Part shown: positions 1 through 20,510 of the stretch, in pieces
Position numbering within the stretch: the first letter of the stretch is position 1
How the letters are laid out: every line of letters begins with the position of its first letter
NCBI GenBank assembly: GCA_044238185.1
Contig: JBIIDV010000004.1
Location: forward strand, 415-64,414
Length of the DNA stretch: 64,000 nucleotides
Direction: 5' to 3'
Source of the DNA: Prochlorococcaceae cyanobacterium
GTDB lineage: Bacteria > Cyanobacteriota > Cyanobacteriia > PCC-6307 > Cyanobiaceae
Notes under the pieces: model-generated
Databases searched by the model: none
What the model was told of the DNA's origin: nothing
What the model saw: the letters and a program-made list of their open reading frames with translations, nothing else
Program-made: the position numbers and the translations under genes

Positions 1-1278
1 GCTCTCGGCCAGGGTGATCACCGCCGGCCCGGTGGCCTCCAGGGCCGCCTTGTTGAACTGGATCAGCGAGGTGTGGCGCAGGAAGGTCTCCACACTCAGG
101 GCACCGGCGAAGCGGGCCGTACCGCTGGTGGGCAGGGTGTGGTTGGGGCCGGCCAGGTAGTCACCCACGGCCTCCGGGGTGTGCGGCCCCATGAAGATGG
201 CCCCGGCGTGCTGGATGCCCGCGGCCAGGGCCTCGGGGTCCTCCACCAACAGCTCCAGGTGTTCGGGGGCGAAGCAGTCGCTGAGCTCGGCGGCTGTCTC
301 AAGGGTTTCGCAGTGCACGATCAGGCCCCAGTCGCGGATGGCAGCCCGGGTGATCTCCGCCCGGGGGTGCCCGGCCAGCTGTTGCTCGAGGGCGGCTGGC
401 ACCGCCGCAGCCAGCTCCTCGCTGGTGGTGAGCAGGATGGCGGCGGCCAGGGGGTCGTGCTCCGCCTGGGCCAGCAGATCGGCCGCCACCTGGTCGGCGC
501 GGGCCGTGTGGTCGGCGATCACCAGCACCTCGCTGGGGCCGGCCAGGGAATCGATCGCCACCTGGCCGTACACCGCCTTCTTGGCCAGGGTCACGTACAG
601 GTTGCCCGGACCGCTGATCACGTCCACCCGGGGGATGCTCTCGGTGCCGTAGGCCAGGGCCGCCACCGCCTGGGCTCCACCCACCCGATAGATCTCGCGC
701 ACGCCGGCCAGGTGGGCGGCGGCCAGCACGGTGGGGTTGGGGTCGCCCTTGGGCCCAGGGGGAGTGACCATCACCAGCCGCTCCACGCCAGCCACCTGCG
801 CCGGCACCGCATTCATCAGCACGGTGCTGGGATAGGAGGCCCTGCCTCCAGGCACGTACAGGCCTGCCCGTTGCACCGGCCGCCAGCGGCGTCCCAGCTG
901 TTCGCCATGGGGGCCCTCCAGCTGTAGATCGGCGGGCAGCTGGCGCTCGTGAAACGCCAGGATGCGGGTGTGGGCCAGCTCCAGGGCCTGGCGCAGCCCG
1001 GCGTCGCAGGCCTGCCAGGCGGCTTCAAGCTGGGCCGCCGGAATCCGCAGGGGATCGGGGCGCACGCCATCAAAGCGTTCGCTGAGTTCCAGCAGGGCCC
1101 GATCGCCCTCACGGCGCACCTGGTCAACGATGGCCTCCACCCGCGCCATGGCCTCGGCCATCTGGGTGCCACTGGTGCGCCCGGCGATGGTGGCCAACCG
1201 GTCGGCGGCGGCGTGACGATCGCGCAGGCAGGTGATGCTGGCGAGCGAGGCAACCACGGCGGGCAGACAGCAGGGCAT
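1..1278 (-). CDS. hisD: histidinol dehydrogenase (3' end runs off the window)
   Basis: My own reverse-strand translation from the ATG at 1278..1276 reads MPCCLPAVV...SERFDGVRPDPLRIP...GLYVPGGRASYPSTVLMNAVPAQVAGV...ISGPGNLYVTLAKKAVYG...GPSEVLVIAD...QAEHDP...MGPHTPEAVGDYLAGPNHTLPTSGTARF. The frame stays open to position 1. It is absent from the ORF track because no stop lies inside the window. Confidence 0.9.
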   Translation of the reverse strand, partial: MPCCLPAVVASLASITCLRDRHAAADRLATIAGRTSGTQMAEAMARVEAIVDQVRREGDRALLELSERFDGVRPDPLRIPAAQLEAAWQACDAGLRQALELAHTRILAFHERQLPADLQLEGPHGEQLGRRWRPVQRAGLYVPGGRASYPSTVLMNAVPAQVAGVERLVMVTPPGPKGDPNPTVLAAAHLAGVREIYRVGGAQAVAALAYGTESIPRVDVISGPGNLYVTLAKKAVYGQVAIDSLAGPSEVLVIADHTARADQVAADLLAQAEHDPLAAAILLTTSEELAAAVPAALEQQLAGHPRAEITRAAIRDWGLIVHCETLETAAELSDCFAPEHLELLVEDPEALAAGIQHAGAIFMGPHTPEAVGDYLAGPNHTLPTSGTARFAGALSVETFLRHTSLIQFNKAALEATGPAVITLAES

Positions 1279-1303
1279 GGCCACGCTAGAAGGCCACAGG
1301 TGA

Positions 1304-1654
<351 letters not shown>

Positions 1655-1762
1655 GCCACCGCTGGCCAGCACCGCGGAGGGTTGCCAGTCTGAACACCTG
1701 GCCTGCTGTCTGAACCATCAGGTTCCAGTTGTTCAGCTCAGGACAGAGCCACCGCCCTCACC

Positions 1763-2662
1763 ATGACGTCCGCACCAGCTTCAGTCCCCACAAGCTCGGC
1801 AGCAGCCATGGCCACCGCGGGCCAAGCAGACCAGCTCTCAGGGGCAACCAGCGGCGTCGATCCTTCCGTTCAGGCGCCGCTGGTTGATTCTCACTGCCAC
1901 ATCGTGTTCCGCAACTTCGATGCGGATCTCGATGCCGTGGCCCAGCGCTGGCGGGATGCCGGTGTGCGGGCCCTGGTGCATGCCTGTGTGGAGCCTGCCG
2001 AGATACCGGCGATCAGGGAGTTGGCCGAACGCTTCCCGGAGCTTCGCTATTCCGTCGGTGTCCATCCCCTGGATACCCGGCACTGGGCTGCCGATACCCT
2101 GCAGGTGCTGCGCCAGGCGGCCCAGGCTGATGCCCGGGTGGTGGCGATCGGCGAACTTGGGCTGGATCTGTTCCGCGACCAGAACCTCGAGGAGCAGCTG
2201 GCCGTGCTTCGGCCCCAGTTGGATCTGGCCTGTGAGTTGGATCTGCCTGTGATCATTCACTGCCGGGATGCGGCCGAGCCGATGCTGGCTGAACTGCGCC
2301 AGCGCGCTCAGCGGGGCGCCTGCCCCCAGGGTGTGATGCACTGCTGGGGCGGCACCCCGGAGGAGATGGCCAGCTTTCTGGAGCTCGGCCTGTTCATCAG
2401 TTTCAGCGGTGTGGTCACCTTCCCCAAGGCTGACGCCACCCATGCTTGTGCCCGCCAGGTCCCCGCCGACCGCTACCTGGTGGAGACTGACTGCCCGTTC
2501 CTGGCGCCGGTGCCCCGCAGGGGCAAGCGCAATGAGCCCGCCTACGTGGCCGCTGTGGCCGCCAGGGTGGCGGAGCTGCGCGGCGAAAGCGTTGAGCAGG
2601 TGTGCCATACCAGCACCGCCAACGCAGCACGTCTGTTCCGTCTGTCGCTTCACAATGTATGA
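1763..2662 (+). CDS. tatD: TatD-family metal-dependent hydrolase/DNase
   Basis: 299-aa ORF with LVDSHCHI, AIGELGLD, PVIIHCRDA, GVMHCWGG, ISFSG and LVETDCPFL. These are the canonical TatD metal-ligand blocks. Confidence 0.85.
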   Translation: MTSAPASVPTSSAAAMATAGQADQLSGATSGVDPSVQAPLVDSHCHIVFRNFDADLDAVAQRWRDAGVRALVHACVEPAEIPAIRELAERFPELRYSVGVHPLDTRHWAADTLQVLRQAAQADARVVAIGELGLDLFRDQNLEEQLAVLRPQLDLACELDLPVIIHCRDAAEPMLAELRQRAQRGACPQGVMHCWGGTPEEMASFLELGLFISFSGVVTFPKADATHACARQVPADRYLVETDCPFLAPVPRRGKRNEPAYVAAVAARVAELRGESVEQVCHTSTANAARLFRLSLHNV

Positions 2663-2870
2663 TTATCCATTGGCCTGGACGCGGATCCGCTCCTTGTTGT
2701 CGACGCCTGCAGCCCTGAAGCGAGTTCGTTAGGCACGCCCATGCGGCCAGCCGTTCCTCCTGAGGGGAGCGGCTGTTGGTGTGGGCCGTTGGCCAGAGCG
2801 ACACTCCGCCTCAGATTGTTGTCAGGCCGGCTGGCCAGTTATCTCCTACCCGTTCCTGCAGGTTCACCGC

Positions 2871-6161
<3,291 letters not shown>

Positions 6162-6244
6162 TCGCTGCTTGATCGCGGCACGCCCACTGGGCGTGGCCGC
6201 GTCTCCCGTGTCCTCTTCCGATCTCTGCGCGCGCCCCCACCGCC

Positions 6245-13595
<7,351 letters not shown>

Positions 13596-13676
13596 CGTTG
13601 TCTGCCCAGCCGAGCCTGCGGCAGCCCATTCACCTCCATACTGCGCCCGACGCAGTGGCCCGATGGCAGTAGCCCC

Positions 13677-15446
13677 ATGGCATTGATCGACTGGCTGATC
13701 CTGATCGGCTACCTGGTGGCCAGCCTGCTGGTTGGCCTGTGGCTCTCCAGGCGCAACCGCGACCAGGCCGATTACTTCGTGGCCGGGCGGCAGCTCAAGG
13801 GCTGGCTGGCCGGCGCCTCGATGGCGGCCACCACCTTCTCGGTGGACACGCCGCTGTATGTGGCCGGCCTGGTGGGGGTGCGCGGCCTGGCCGGCAACTG
13901 GGAGTGGTGGAGTTTCGGCGTGGCCCACGTGGCCATGGCCGTGGTGTTCGCCCCCCTCTGGCGCCGCAGTGGCGTGCTCACCGACGCCGCCTTCACCGAG
14001 CTGCGCTACGGCGGGGCCACGGCGGCCTGGCTGCGGGGCATCAAGGCCTTCCTGTTCGCCCTGCCGATCAACTGCATCGGCATCGGCTACGCCTTCCTGG
14101 CCATGGCCAAGGTGAGCGAGGCCCTGGGACTGGCCCCCACCCCCCAGGCGCGCCTCATCTTGCTCTCGGTGGTGGGGGTGCTGGTGCTCGTGTACACCGC
14201 CGCTGGCGGCCTCTGGGCTGTGGTGGTGACGGACATGCTGCAGCTGGTGCTGGCCCTGGCCGGGGCGGTGGCCGTGGCGGTGTTCGCCGTGCAGGCGGCG
14301 GGCGGGATGGACGCCATGCTGGCCAGCGTGCGCGAACTGAATCGGCCGGAGCTGCTCTCCCTGGTGCCCTGGCAGGTGCAGGGCGGCCGCCTGAACTGGA
14401 TCGATGGCGCCGGCATCTCCGTGGCCACCTTCAGCGCCTACATCGCCCTGCAGTGGTGGAGCTTCCGCCGCAGCGACGGCGGCGGCGAGTTCATCCAGCG
14501 GCTGCTGGCCACCCGGGATGAGCGCCAGGCCCGCATCGCCAGCTGGGTGTTCCTGGGGGTGAACTATCTCCTGCGCAGCTGGCCCTGGATCCTGGTGGCC
14601 CTGGCGGCGGTGGTGCTGCTGCCCGAGTCCACCGACTGGGAGCAGAGCTATCCGCTGCTGGCCGTGAAGCTGCTGCCGCCGGTGGCCCTGGGCCTGGTGG
14701 TGGTGTCACTGGTGGCGGCCTTCATGAGCACCGTGAGCACCGCTGTGAACTGGGGCGCCAGCTACCTCACCCACGACCTTTACCAGCGCTTCATGCGGCC
14801 GGCGGCCCAGGATCGCGAGTTGCTCCTGGTGGGTCAGCTGGCCTCGGTGCTGTTGGTGGCCCTGGGCGTGCTCACAGCTCTGCTCAGCACCAACATCGGC
14901 ACGGTGTTCCGCCTGGTGATCGCCATCGGCACCGGTCCAGGGGTGGTGCTGGTGCTGCGCTGGTTCTGGTGGCGGATCAATGCCGCCGCCGAGCTGGCGG
15001 CGATGCTGGGCGGCTTCCTGGTGGGCTTCTCCACGTCGGTGGTGCCGTTGCTGCGCATCGACGACTACGGCCTGCGCCTGCTGGCCACCACGGCGATCAC
15101 CGCCGTGGTGTGGATTCTGGTGATGCTGGCCACCCCCCCCGAATCGGCGGCGGTGCTGGAGCATTTCGTGCGCCAGGTGAGGCCGGCAGGGCCGGGATGG
15201 GCCGCCTGGCGCCGCCGCTGTGGCGTGGAACCCGAGGAGATCCTGCTCGATCTGGTGAGTCAGCTGGTGGCCAGCTGTGCCGTGCTGTTCGGCGCCCTGC
15301 TCGGCCTGGGGGGCTTCCTGCTCAAGCTGCCGCTCTGGGGCTGGGGCGGGCTGCTGGTGGCGGTACTGGGCGCTGTGGTGCTGCGCCAGCGCATGCGGCT
15401 TCAGGGTGGGCTGCGCCGGCTGGTGGCTCCCACCCCACAGGGGTGA
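13677..15446 (+). CDS. sodium:solute symporter (SSS) family transporter
   Basis: 589-aa polytopic membrane ORF. The N-terminus YFVAGRQLKGWLAGASMAATTFSVDTPL is typical of SSS-family permeases. The substrate is unknown. Confidence 0.75.
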   Translation: MALIDWLILIGYLVASLLVGLWLSRRNRDQADYFVAGRQLKGWLAGASMAATTFSVDTPLYVAGLVGVRGLAGNWEWWSFGVAHVAMAVVFAPLWRRSGVLTDAAFTELRYGGATAAWLRGIKAFLFALPINCIGIGYAFLAMAKVSEALGLAPTPQARLILLSVVGVLVLVYTAAGGLWAVVVTDMLQLVLALAGAVAVAVFAVQAAGGMDAMLASVRELNRPELLSLVPWQVQGGRLNWIDGAGISVATFSAYIALQWWSFRRSDGGGEFIQRLLATRDERQARIASWVFLGVNYLLRSWPWILVALAAVVLLPESTDWEQSYPLLAVKLLPPVALGLVVVSLVAAFMSTVSTAVNWGASYLTHDLYQRFMRPAAQDRELLLVGQLASVLLVALGVLTALLSTNIGTVFRLVIAIGTGPGVVLVLRWFWWRINAAAELAAMLGGFLVGFSTSVVPLLRIDDYGLRLLATTAITAVVWILVMLATPPESAAVLEHFVRQVRPAGPGWAAWRRRCGVEPEEILLDLVSQLVASCAVLFGALLGLGGFLLKLPLWGWGGLLVAVLGAVVLRQRMRLQGGLRRLVAPTPQG

Positions 15447-15615
15447 TGATGGGGCCGGCCCCTGGCCCCATGTCCGGCTCGTGCAATTCTTCCGCTCCAC
15501 CCTTCTGCCAGCGGCCATCGTGCTGCTCTTCGCCCTTGCCCTGGTGGCGGTGAGTGCCCGCATCTGGCTGCCCGGCGACATGGCCGCCCCCGCTCCCCTG
15601 GGCTGAACGGCTGCC

Positions 15616-16425
15616 GTGACGGATATCCCCATTTCAGGCCCGTTCGGCGATAGCCCCCAGGAGCTCTCCCTCGATCCGGATGTGCTGGCCCAGGAGCTCG
15701 CCGAGGAGCTGCTCGGTGACCCCCTCGACGAGCTCGACAGCATGGACCCCGCCCCGGCGGCGGTGGCGGCTGAGTGTGACCGGGGCCTTGACTTGTTGCG
15801 GCTGGGCAGCCATGAGGCCCGTATGCAGGGCCTGCGCATCTTTTGCGAGCACCGCGACCCGCGGGCGGTGCCGCTGCTGTTGCAGCTGCTGGCCTGCAGT
15901 TGCCCAATTCTGCGGATGAGCGCCGTGTACGCCCTGGGCCGCAATCCCAGCCCGATGGCGGTCGAGCCCCTGCTGGGCCTGCTCAGTGGCGATGCCAACG
16001 GCTACGTGCGCAAGGCCGTGGCCTGGAGCCTGGGCAACTATCCCGATGCACCGATCCTCAATCCCCTGATCCGCGCCCTGCAGGTGGACATCGCCGCTGT
16101 GCGGCTCTGGGCCGCCAGTTCCCTGGCTGACGCCGGCGCCACCGGGCCAGCCAAGGCGGATCCCGCGGCTGCCCAACTGCTGCTCAGCCTGCGCATCGAC
16201 AGTGAGCAGGCAGTGCGCAGCAACAGCGCCTGGGGCTTGGGCAGGCTCTACCCCGATCTGGTGGAGCCGCGCCAGCAGGATGTGGTGGAGGCGTTGTTGC
16301 AGACGATGCTGCACGACGCCGAATCGAGCGTGCGCGATGAAGCCCGGTTGGCCCTGGAGCAGCTGGAGCAGCCCGAAGTGCTGGAGCGTCTGCAGACCCT
16401 GGTGGATGAGGGCCTGCTCACCTGA
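15616..16425 (+). CDS. HEAT-repeat protein (PBS-lyase HEAT-like repeats)
   Basis: The sequence shows repeated ~30-aa units: ...RMSAVYALGRNP..AVEPLL..L.GD.NGYVRKAVAWSLGNY...L..AL.VDIAAVRLWAASSLAD... It has a GTG start. Confidence 0.65.
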   Translation: MTDIPISGPFGDSPQELSLDPDVLAQELAEELLGDPLDELDSMDPAPAAVAAECDRGLDLLRLGSHEARMQGLRIFCEHRDPRAVPLLLQLLACSCPILRMSAVYALGRNPSPMAVEPLLGLLSGDANGYVRKAVAWSLGNYPDAPILNPLIRALQVDIAAVRLWAASSLADAGATGPAKADPAAAQLLLSLRIDSEQAVRSNSAWGLGRLYPDLVEPRQQDVVEALLQTMLHDAESSVRDEARLALEQLEQPEVLERLQTLVDEGLLT

Positions 16426-16494
16426 GCACTGTTGCGATCAACCCAGTGGCCTGGTAGCGCGGTTAGCATCCGCCCAGTCCTGTTCAGGCCTGGG

Positions 16495-16713
16495 ATGGCA
16501 CAGCAATCCATCCGCTTCCGCATCCGGCCCGATGGCCGCGTGGAGGAACTGGTCGAGGGGGTTCAGGGCCAGGCCTGTGAGCTGCTCACCGAGCGGATCG
16601 AGGCGAGGCTCGGCGCCGTACAGCAGCGACGGCCCACCGCTGAGGCCTTCCAGGTCGAAGTGGTTCCCCAGACCCGGGTTCAGCCGGCGACCCAGGCCAG
16701 CCAGCGTTCCTGA
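16495..16713 (+). CDS. DUF2997-family small protein
   Basis: MAQQSIRFRIRPDGRVEELVEGVQGQACELLTERIEARLG... matches my memory of the DUF2997 N-terminus. It sits 13 nt upstream of a DUF1257/ycf35 gene, its usual partner. I trimmed the start from track position 16432 to the ATG at 16495. Confidence 0.6.
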   Translation: MAQQSIRFRIRPDGRVEELVEGVQGQACELLTERIEARLGAVQQRRPTAEAFQVEVVPQTRVQPATQASQRS

Positions 16714-16726
16714 TCCCCCGATCCCC

Positions 16727-17116
16727 ATGTCCCACTTCAGCACCGTGAAGACTGAACTGCGTGATCGCGCAGCCTTGCTGGATGCCCTGGCGGACCTGGG
16801 CCACAAGCCTCGGGAGGGCGCATTGAGCGTGCGTGGCTACCAGGGCCAGACCCAGGCCGCGGATCTGGCGATCGATCAGCCCAACGGCGCAGACATCGGC
16901 TTCCGCCTCAATCCCGACACGGGTGCCTATGAGCTGGTGGCCGACCTGGAGTTGTGGAAGCAGCCGGTGCCGGTGGAGCGCTTTCTGGCCCAGCTCACCC
17001 AGCGCTACGCCCTGCGCAGCATCCTCGCCGCCAGCGCCGAGGAGGGCTTCCAGGTGGCCGAGCAGACCAGTTCCGTGGACGGCACCATTGAGCTGGTGGT
17101 GACCCGCTGGACCTGA
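16727..17116 (+). CDS. ycf35: Ycf35 / DUF1257 family protein
   Basis: Only the last 129 aa of track ORF 16202..17116 look real: MSHFSTVKTELRDRAALLDALADLGHKP...GYQGQTQAADLAI...YELVADLELW...FLAQLTQRYALRSIL. The upstream part of that ORF overlaps the HEAT and DUF2997 genes in another frame. Confidence 0.75.
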   Translation: MSHFSTVKTELRDRAALLDALADLGHKPREGALSVRGYQGQTQAADLAIDQPNGADIGFRLNPDTGAYELVADLELWKQPVPVERFLAQLTQRYALRSILAASAEEGFQVAEQTSSVDGTIELVVTRWT

Positions 17117-17124
17117 GGCTTGTC

Positions 17125-17529
17125 GTGCAGCCCGCCGACCCAGGACTGGCCTTCTCCGCCCCGGCGGAGACGGGAATGCCACCAACCGGGCTGGAGCCCG
17201 TCCTGGGAGGAGAATTGCGCCAGAAGGCCGTTTGGGTGGACGAGGCCGTGTGCATCGGCTGTCGTTACTGCGCCCATGTGGCCACCAACACGTTTGTGGT
17301 CGAGCCGGACTGGGGTCGCTCCCGGGCCATCCGCCAGGACGGCGACAGCACCCAACGGATTCAGGAGGCGATCGACACCTGCCCGGTGGACTGCATCCAC
17401 TGGGTGGATTACGGCGAGCTGCCTGCCCTGGCCGAGCAGCTTGCCCAGCAGGACATCCAGCCCCTCGGCCTGCCCAGCCCAGCCCGCCTGAAACGTACCC
17501 TGCCTCGGCGGGCGGCCAACGCCAGCTGA
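17125..17529 (+). CDS. 4Fe-4S single-cluster ferredoxin-domain protein
   Basis: The sequence has VWVDEAVCIGCRYCAHVATNTF...IQEAIDTCPVDCIHWV, a CxxCxxC...CP cluster-binding pattern. The start is uncertain (GTG at 17125). Confidence 0.75.
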   Translation: MQPADPGLAFSAPAETGMPPTGLEPVLGGELRQKAVWVDEAVCIGCRYCAHVATNTFVVEPDWGRSRAIRQDGDSTQRIQEAIDTCPVDCIHWVDYGELPALAEQLAQQDIQPLGLPSPARLKRTLPRRAANAS

Positions 17530-18734
17530 TGGCCGCTGCCATCCCCACCCGCCGCTTCGGGCGCACATGCCTGGCCATGCCGGTGCTGTCGCTGGGGGGG
17601 ATGCGCTTCCAGCAGAGCTGGACAGATCTGCCCGCCGCAGAGATCAAGGCCGAGAGCCAGGCGAATCTGCGGGCGGTGCTCGAGCGGGCGGTGGCGGCGG
17701 GGATGCACCACATCGAAACCGCCCGTCACTACGGCAGTTCGGAGCGGCAACTGGGCTGGCTGCTGGCTGAGGTGCCCGATCCCCAGCGCATCCTTCAAAC
17801 CAAGGTGCCTCCCCAGGCCGATGCCCAGGCCTTCGAGCGGGAGCTGGCCACCAGCTTCGAGCGCCTGGGGGTGGAGCGGGTGGACCTGCTGGCGATCCAC
17901 GGCATCAACCTGAGGGAGCACCTGGAGCACACCCTGCGGCCGGGCGGCTGTCTGGCGGTGGCCCGGCGCTGGCAGGCCGAGGGCCGGGTGGGCTCCATCG
18001 GCTTTTCCACCCACGCGCCGCTGCCGCTAATCGAGGAGGCGATCGCCAGCGATGCCTTCGACTATGTGAACCTGCATTGGTACTACATCCGCCAGGACAA
18101 CCTGCCGGCGATCGAGGCTGCCGCTGCCCACGACATGGGCGTGTTCGTGATCAGCCCCACCGACAAGGGCGGTCACCTGCACACCCCCTCGGCGCGGCTG
18201 CTGGAGCTTTGTTCACCGCTGCACCCGATCGTGTTCAACGACCTGTTCTGCCTCCAGTGCCCCCAGGTGCACACCCTCAGCCTCGGGGCGGCCCGGCCCG
18301 CCGACCTCGATCTGCACCTGCAGGCGGTGGGCCTGCTGGACCAGGCAGATGGGCTGCTGCAGCCCATCCTCGAGCGACTGGAGCAGGCCCGCCGGCAGAC
18401 CTTGGGCGATGGCTGGCTGGCCAGCTGGGCCGAAGGGCTGCCCGAGTGGCAGTCCACCCCCGGCCAGCTCAACCTGCCGGTGCTGCTGTGGCTGCACAAC
18501 CTGCTGGAGGCCTGGGATCTGGAGAGCTTCGCCAGGGCCCGTTACGGGCTGCTCGGCAACGGCGGCCACTGGTTCCCTGGGGCCAACGCCGATGGCTTGG
18601 ACCATGAGGTGAGCGAAGCCCAGTTGCGGGCGGTATTGGCCGGGAGCCCCTGGGCAGAGCGGATTCCCGGGATCCTGCGCGGGTTGCGCCAGCGCCTCGG
18701 CGGCCAGGCCGTCAAGCGCCTGATGGCTGAGTAG
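17529..18734 (+). CDS. aldo/keto reductase family oxidoreductase
   Basis: I trimmed this to the ATG at 17529, which overlaps the ferredoxin stop (ATGA). The protein reads [27 protein letters not shown]...[16 protein letters not shown]...VDLLAIHG. Confidence 0.75.
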   Translation: MAAAIPTRRFGRTCLAMPVLSLGGMRFQQSWTDLPAAEIKAESQANLRAVLERAVAAGMHHIETARHYGSSERQLGWLLAEVPDPQRILQTKVPPQADAQAFERELATSFERLGVERVDLLAIHGINLREHLEHTLRPGGCLAVARRWQAEGRVGSIGFSTHAPLPLIEEAIASDAFDYVNLHWYYIRQDNLPAIEAAAAHDMGVFVISPTDKGGHLHTPSARLLELCSPLHPIVFNDLFCLQCPQVHTLSLGAARPADLDLHLQAVGLLDQADGLLQPILERLEQARRQTLGDGWLASWAEGLPEWQSTPGQLNLPVLLWLHNLLEAWDLESFARARYGLLGNGGHWFPGANADGLDHEVSEAQLRAVLAGSPWAERIPGILRGLRQRLGGQAVKRLMAE

Positions 18735-19482
18735 GGCCGTCGCCCAGGGGGTGCTTGCTGGGTACGCCCACAGCCCGCGGGTACTGGCGGGGGCAGGGAC
18801 CCTCGGGGGCCAGTACCAGGGCATGGCGCAGGCCGCGGCCGGCGGGCAGCTCCAGCCGCTCACAGCGCTCGAGTCGGGCCCGCAGCAGGTTGAGGGCTGG
18901 TTCCAGGGCGGCCTGGTCGGCATCGCTCCACTGGCCGCGGTAGAGCAGGGCCCGACCCTCTGGGGCCAGCAGGGGTACCAGGTATTCCGCTACCACCGGG
19001 GCGCTGGCCACGGCCCGGGCCAGGGCCCAGTGGAAGCGGCCGCGGCACTGCTTGCTCTGGCCGCTGCGCTCCACCCGCTCGCAGCGCACCTGCACCCGAT
19101 GCTCCAGCCCCAGGGCCTGGGCCATGGCCCGCACGGCCTCCACCTTGCGGCCCACCGAGTCCACCAGGGTGAGCCGGGCCTGGGGCAGGGCGATCGCCGC
19201 AGCCAGACCGGGGAATCCGCCGCCGGTGCCCACATCGATCAGTTCCAACGGGGCTTCAGCCTCTGGCCCCTGCAGCAGGGGCAGCAGGGGCCAGAGGCTG
19301 TCGAACACCTGGGCGATCCAGTAGTCGTTGTCCTCCACCAAGCGCGTGAGGTTGAGCTGGCTGTTCCAGTGGCGCAACTGCTGCTGCAACGCCTGCAGCA
19401 GGGTGAGCTGGTGGTCGGAGGGCTGCCAGCCCAGCTGCTTCCACAGCTCGGGCGGATGCGGACTGGCGGGGGTGAAAACCAT
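18712..19482 (-). CDS. rsmG: 16S rRNA (guanine527-N7)-methyltransferase
   Basis: I trimmed this to [19 protein letters not shown]...[10 protein letters not shown]...WIAQVFDS...[18 protein letters not shown]...[11 protein letters not shown]. The GidB/RsmG SAM-binding motif is present. Confidence 0.85.
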   Translation of the reverse strand: MVFTPASPHPPELWKQLGWQPSDHQLTLLQALQQQLRHWNSQLNLTRLVEDNDYWIAQVFDSLWPLLPLLQGPEAEAPLELIDVGTGGGFPGLAAAIALPQARLTLVDSVGRKVEAVRAMAQALGLEHRVQVRCERVERSGQSKQCRGRFHWALARAVASAPVVAEYLVPLLAPEGRALLYRGQWSDADQAALEPALNLLRARLERCERLELPAGRGLRHALVLAPEGPCPRQYPRAVGVPSKHPLGDGPTQPSGA

Positions 19483-19539
19483 CCGGTGGGCTTGAACGGT
19501 GCTTCTCCTTAGGATCCTGCACACCGGCCCCCCCTGCCG

Positions 19540-19995
19540 TTGGCCAGCCAGCTCAGCCACTACGCCCTGCTGCAGCTTCCCGAGGAGGCCACGCCTGAGC
19601 AGTTGCGCCAGGCCTTTCGCCGCTTGAGCAAGCGCTTTCACCCCGATACCACCAGCCTGCCTGCCGTGGAGGCGGAGCAGGCCTTTCAGCGCTTGCAGCA
19701 GGCCTATGCCGTGCTCAGCGATCCGGAGGCACGCCGCCGCTACGACGCCGAGCTGCGGCTCGCCCGGCTCACGGCCGCCGCTTCCGCCCGTGCCGCTGCA
19801 GCTGCTGCCTCCAGCGCCGTAGCGCCGCTGGTGCCCAGCGTGCCTTCAGTGCGGCGGGCCCTCTCCGGCGGCGAGTGGCTGGCCCTGCTGCTGCTGGCCC
19901 TGGCGCTGGTGTTCAGCCTGGTGTTGGGGGTGGGGTTGGCCCTGGCCCGCGGGGCGGCCTTCAGCACCTGGCCCAGCTGGTTGCCCCCCACGTGA
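19540..19995 (+). CDS. J-domain (DnaJ-like) membrane-anchored protein
   Basis: [31 protein letters not shown]...[22 protein letters not shown] is a J domain with the HPD motif. The C-terminus has a hydrophobic helix, [23 protein letters not shown]. It has a TTG start. Confidence 0.75.
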   Translation: MASQLSHYALLQLPEEATPEQLRQAFRRLSKRFHPDTTSLPAVEAEQAFQRLQQAYAVLSDPEARRRYDAELRLARLTAAASARAAAAAASSAVAPLVPSVPSVRRALSGGEWLALLLLALALVFSLVLGVGLALARGAAFSTWPSWLPPT

Positions 19996-20013
19996 TGCAA
20001 AGCTGCCCATGAG

Positions 20014-20292
20014 GTGTTGATCGGCATGGGCGAGCTTCCCGCAGCGCAAACCCCCCTCTACAACCACCCGCTGCCCCAGTTGGAACACTGGCTGCGTCAA
20101 CTCGGGGCCGTTCAGCAGCGCGACAACCTCTGCGTCTGGGACCTGCACCGCCCAGAGTGGAGCGCCCGAATCGCGTTGGAGGTGGAGGATCTGTCTGTGG
20201 CCTGGCATGCCGATGGCCAGACCCGGGTGCGCAGCTTCCCCTATGGCCTGTCGCGGGCCGATGCCGAGGCGGCGATCCTGGCCGGCCCCTGA
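20014..20292 (+). CDS. DUF3143-like conserved cyanobacterial protein
   Basis: 92-aa ORF ...LPAAQTPLYNHPLPQLEHWLRQLGA...WDLHRPEWSARIALEVEDLSVAW...FPYGLSRADAEAAILAGP. It resembles the DUF3143 proteins usually found next to the J-domain gene in cyanobacteria. The assignment is from memory. Confidence 0.5.
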   Translation: MLIGMGELPAAQTPLYNHPLPQLEHWLRQLGAVQQRDNLCVWDLHRPEWSARIALEVEDLSVAWHADGQTRVRSFPYGLSRADAEAAILAGP

Positions 20293-20302
20293 GGTTGGCG
20301 GG

Positions 20303-20458
20303 TCAGCGGCACACCGCGCTGCCGCGCTCGCTCGCCGGGGCCAGGACGCCGCAGTTCACCCAGCGCACCAGCCGCAGCTCCACGTCGGTGAACAGCACCA
20401 GGATGCCGCTGCAGATCAGCACCAACAGTGCGGTGACCCGCCAGTCGCTCTTGCTCAT
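20303..20458 (-). CDS. hypothetical 51-aa single-pass membrane peptide downstream of bioD
   Basis: This is an ATG-initiated tail of track ORF 20303..21109: MSKSDWRVTALLVLICSGILVLFTDVELRLVRWVNCGVLAPASERGSAVCR. It has one clear hydrophobic helix and the same orientation as the bio operon, 52 nt after the bioD stop. I recognise no homology. Confidence 0.3.
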   Translation of the reverse strand: MSKSDWRVTALLVLICSGILVLFTDVELRLVRWVNCGVLAPASERGSAVCR

Positions 20459-20510
20459 CTGGGCTCCTGGCTGCTGGAAGTAGCAGGCCCAGTCTGGCCC
20501 CCAGCCGGGA

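Noticed and set aside
15481-15606. Possible 41-aa hydrophobic peptide (VQFFRSTLLPAAIVLLFALALVAVSARIWLPGDMAAPAPLG) after the SSS transporter
   Set aside because: It has only a GTG start, no visible ribosome-binding site and no recognisable family. One hydrophobic stretch in GC-rich DNA is not enough evidence. It is left as a note, not a feature.
16202-17116. 304-aa plus-strand ORF spanning the HEAT 3' end, DUF2997 and ycf35
   Set aside because: Only the last 129 aa (from the ATG at 16727) form a recognisable protein (Ycf35). The upstream part is an alternative frame over two better-supported genes.
16586-17713. 375-aa minus-strand ORF, and 17409..18014 / 18213..18923 minus-strand ORFs
   Set aside because: They are antisense to the ycf35, ferredoxin and AKR genes. 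Their Pro/Arg/Gly-rich composition is typical of high-GC noise.
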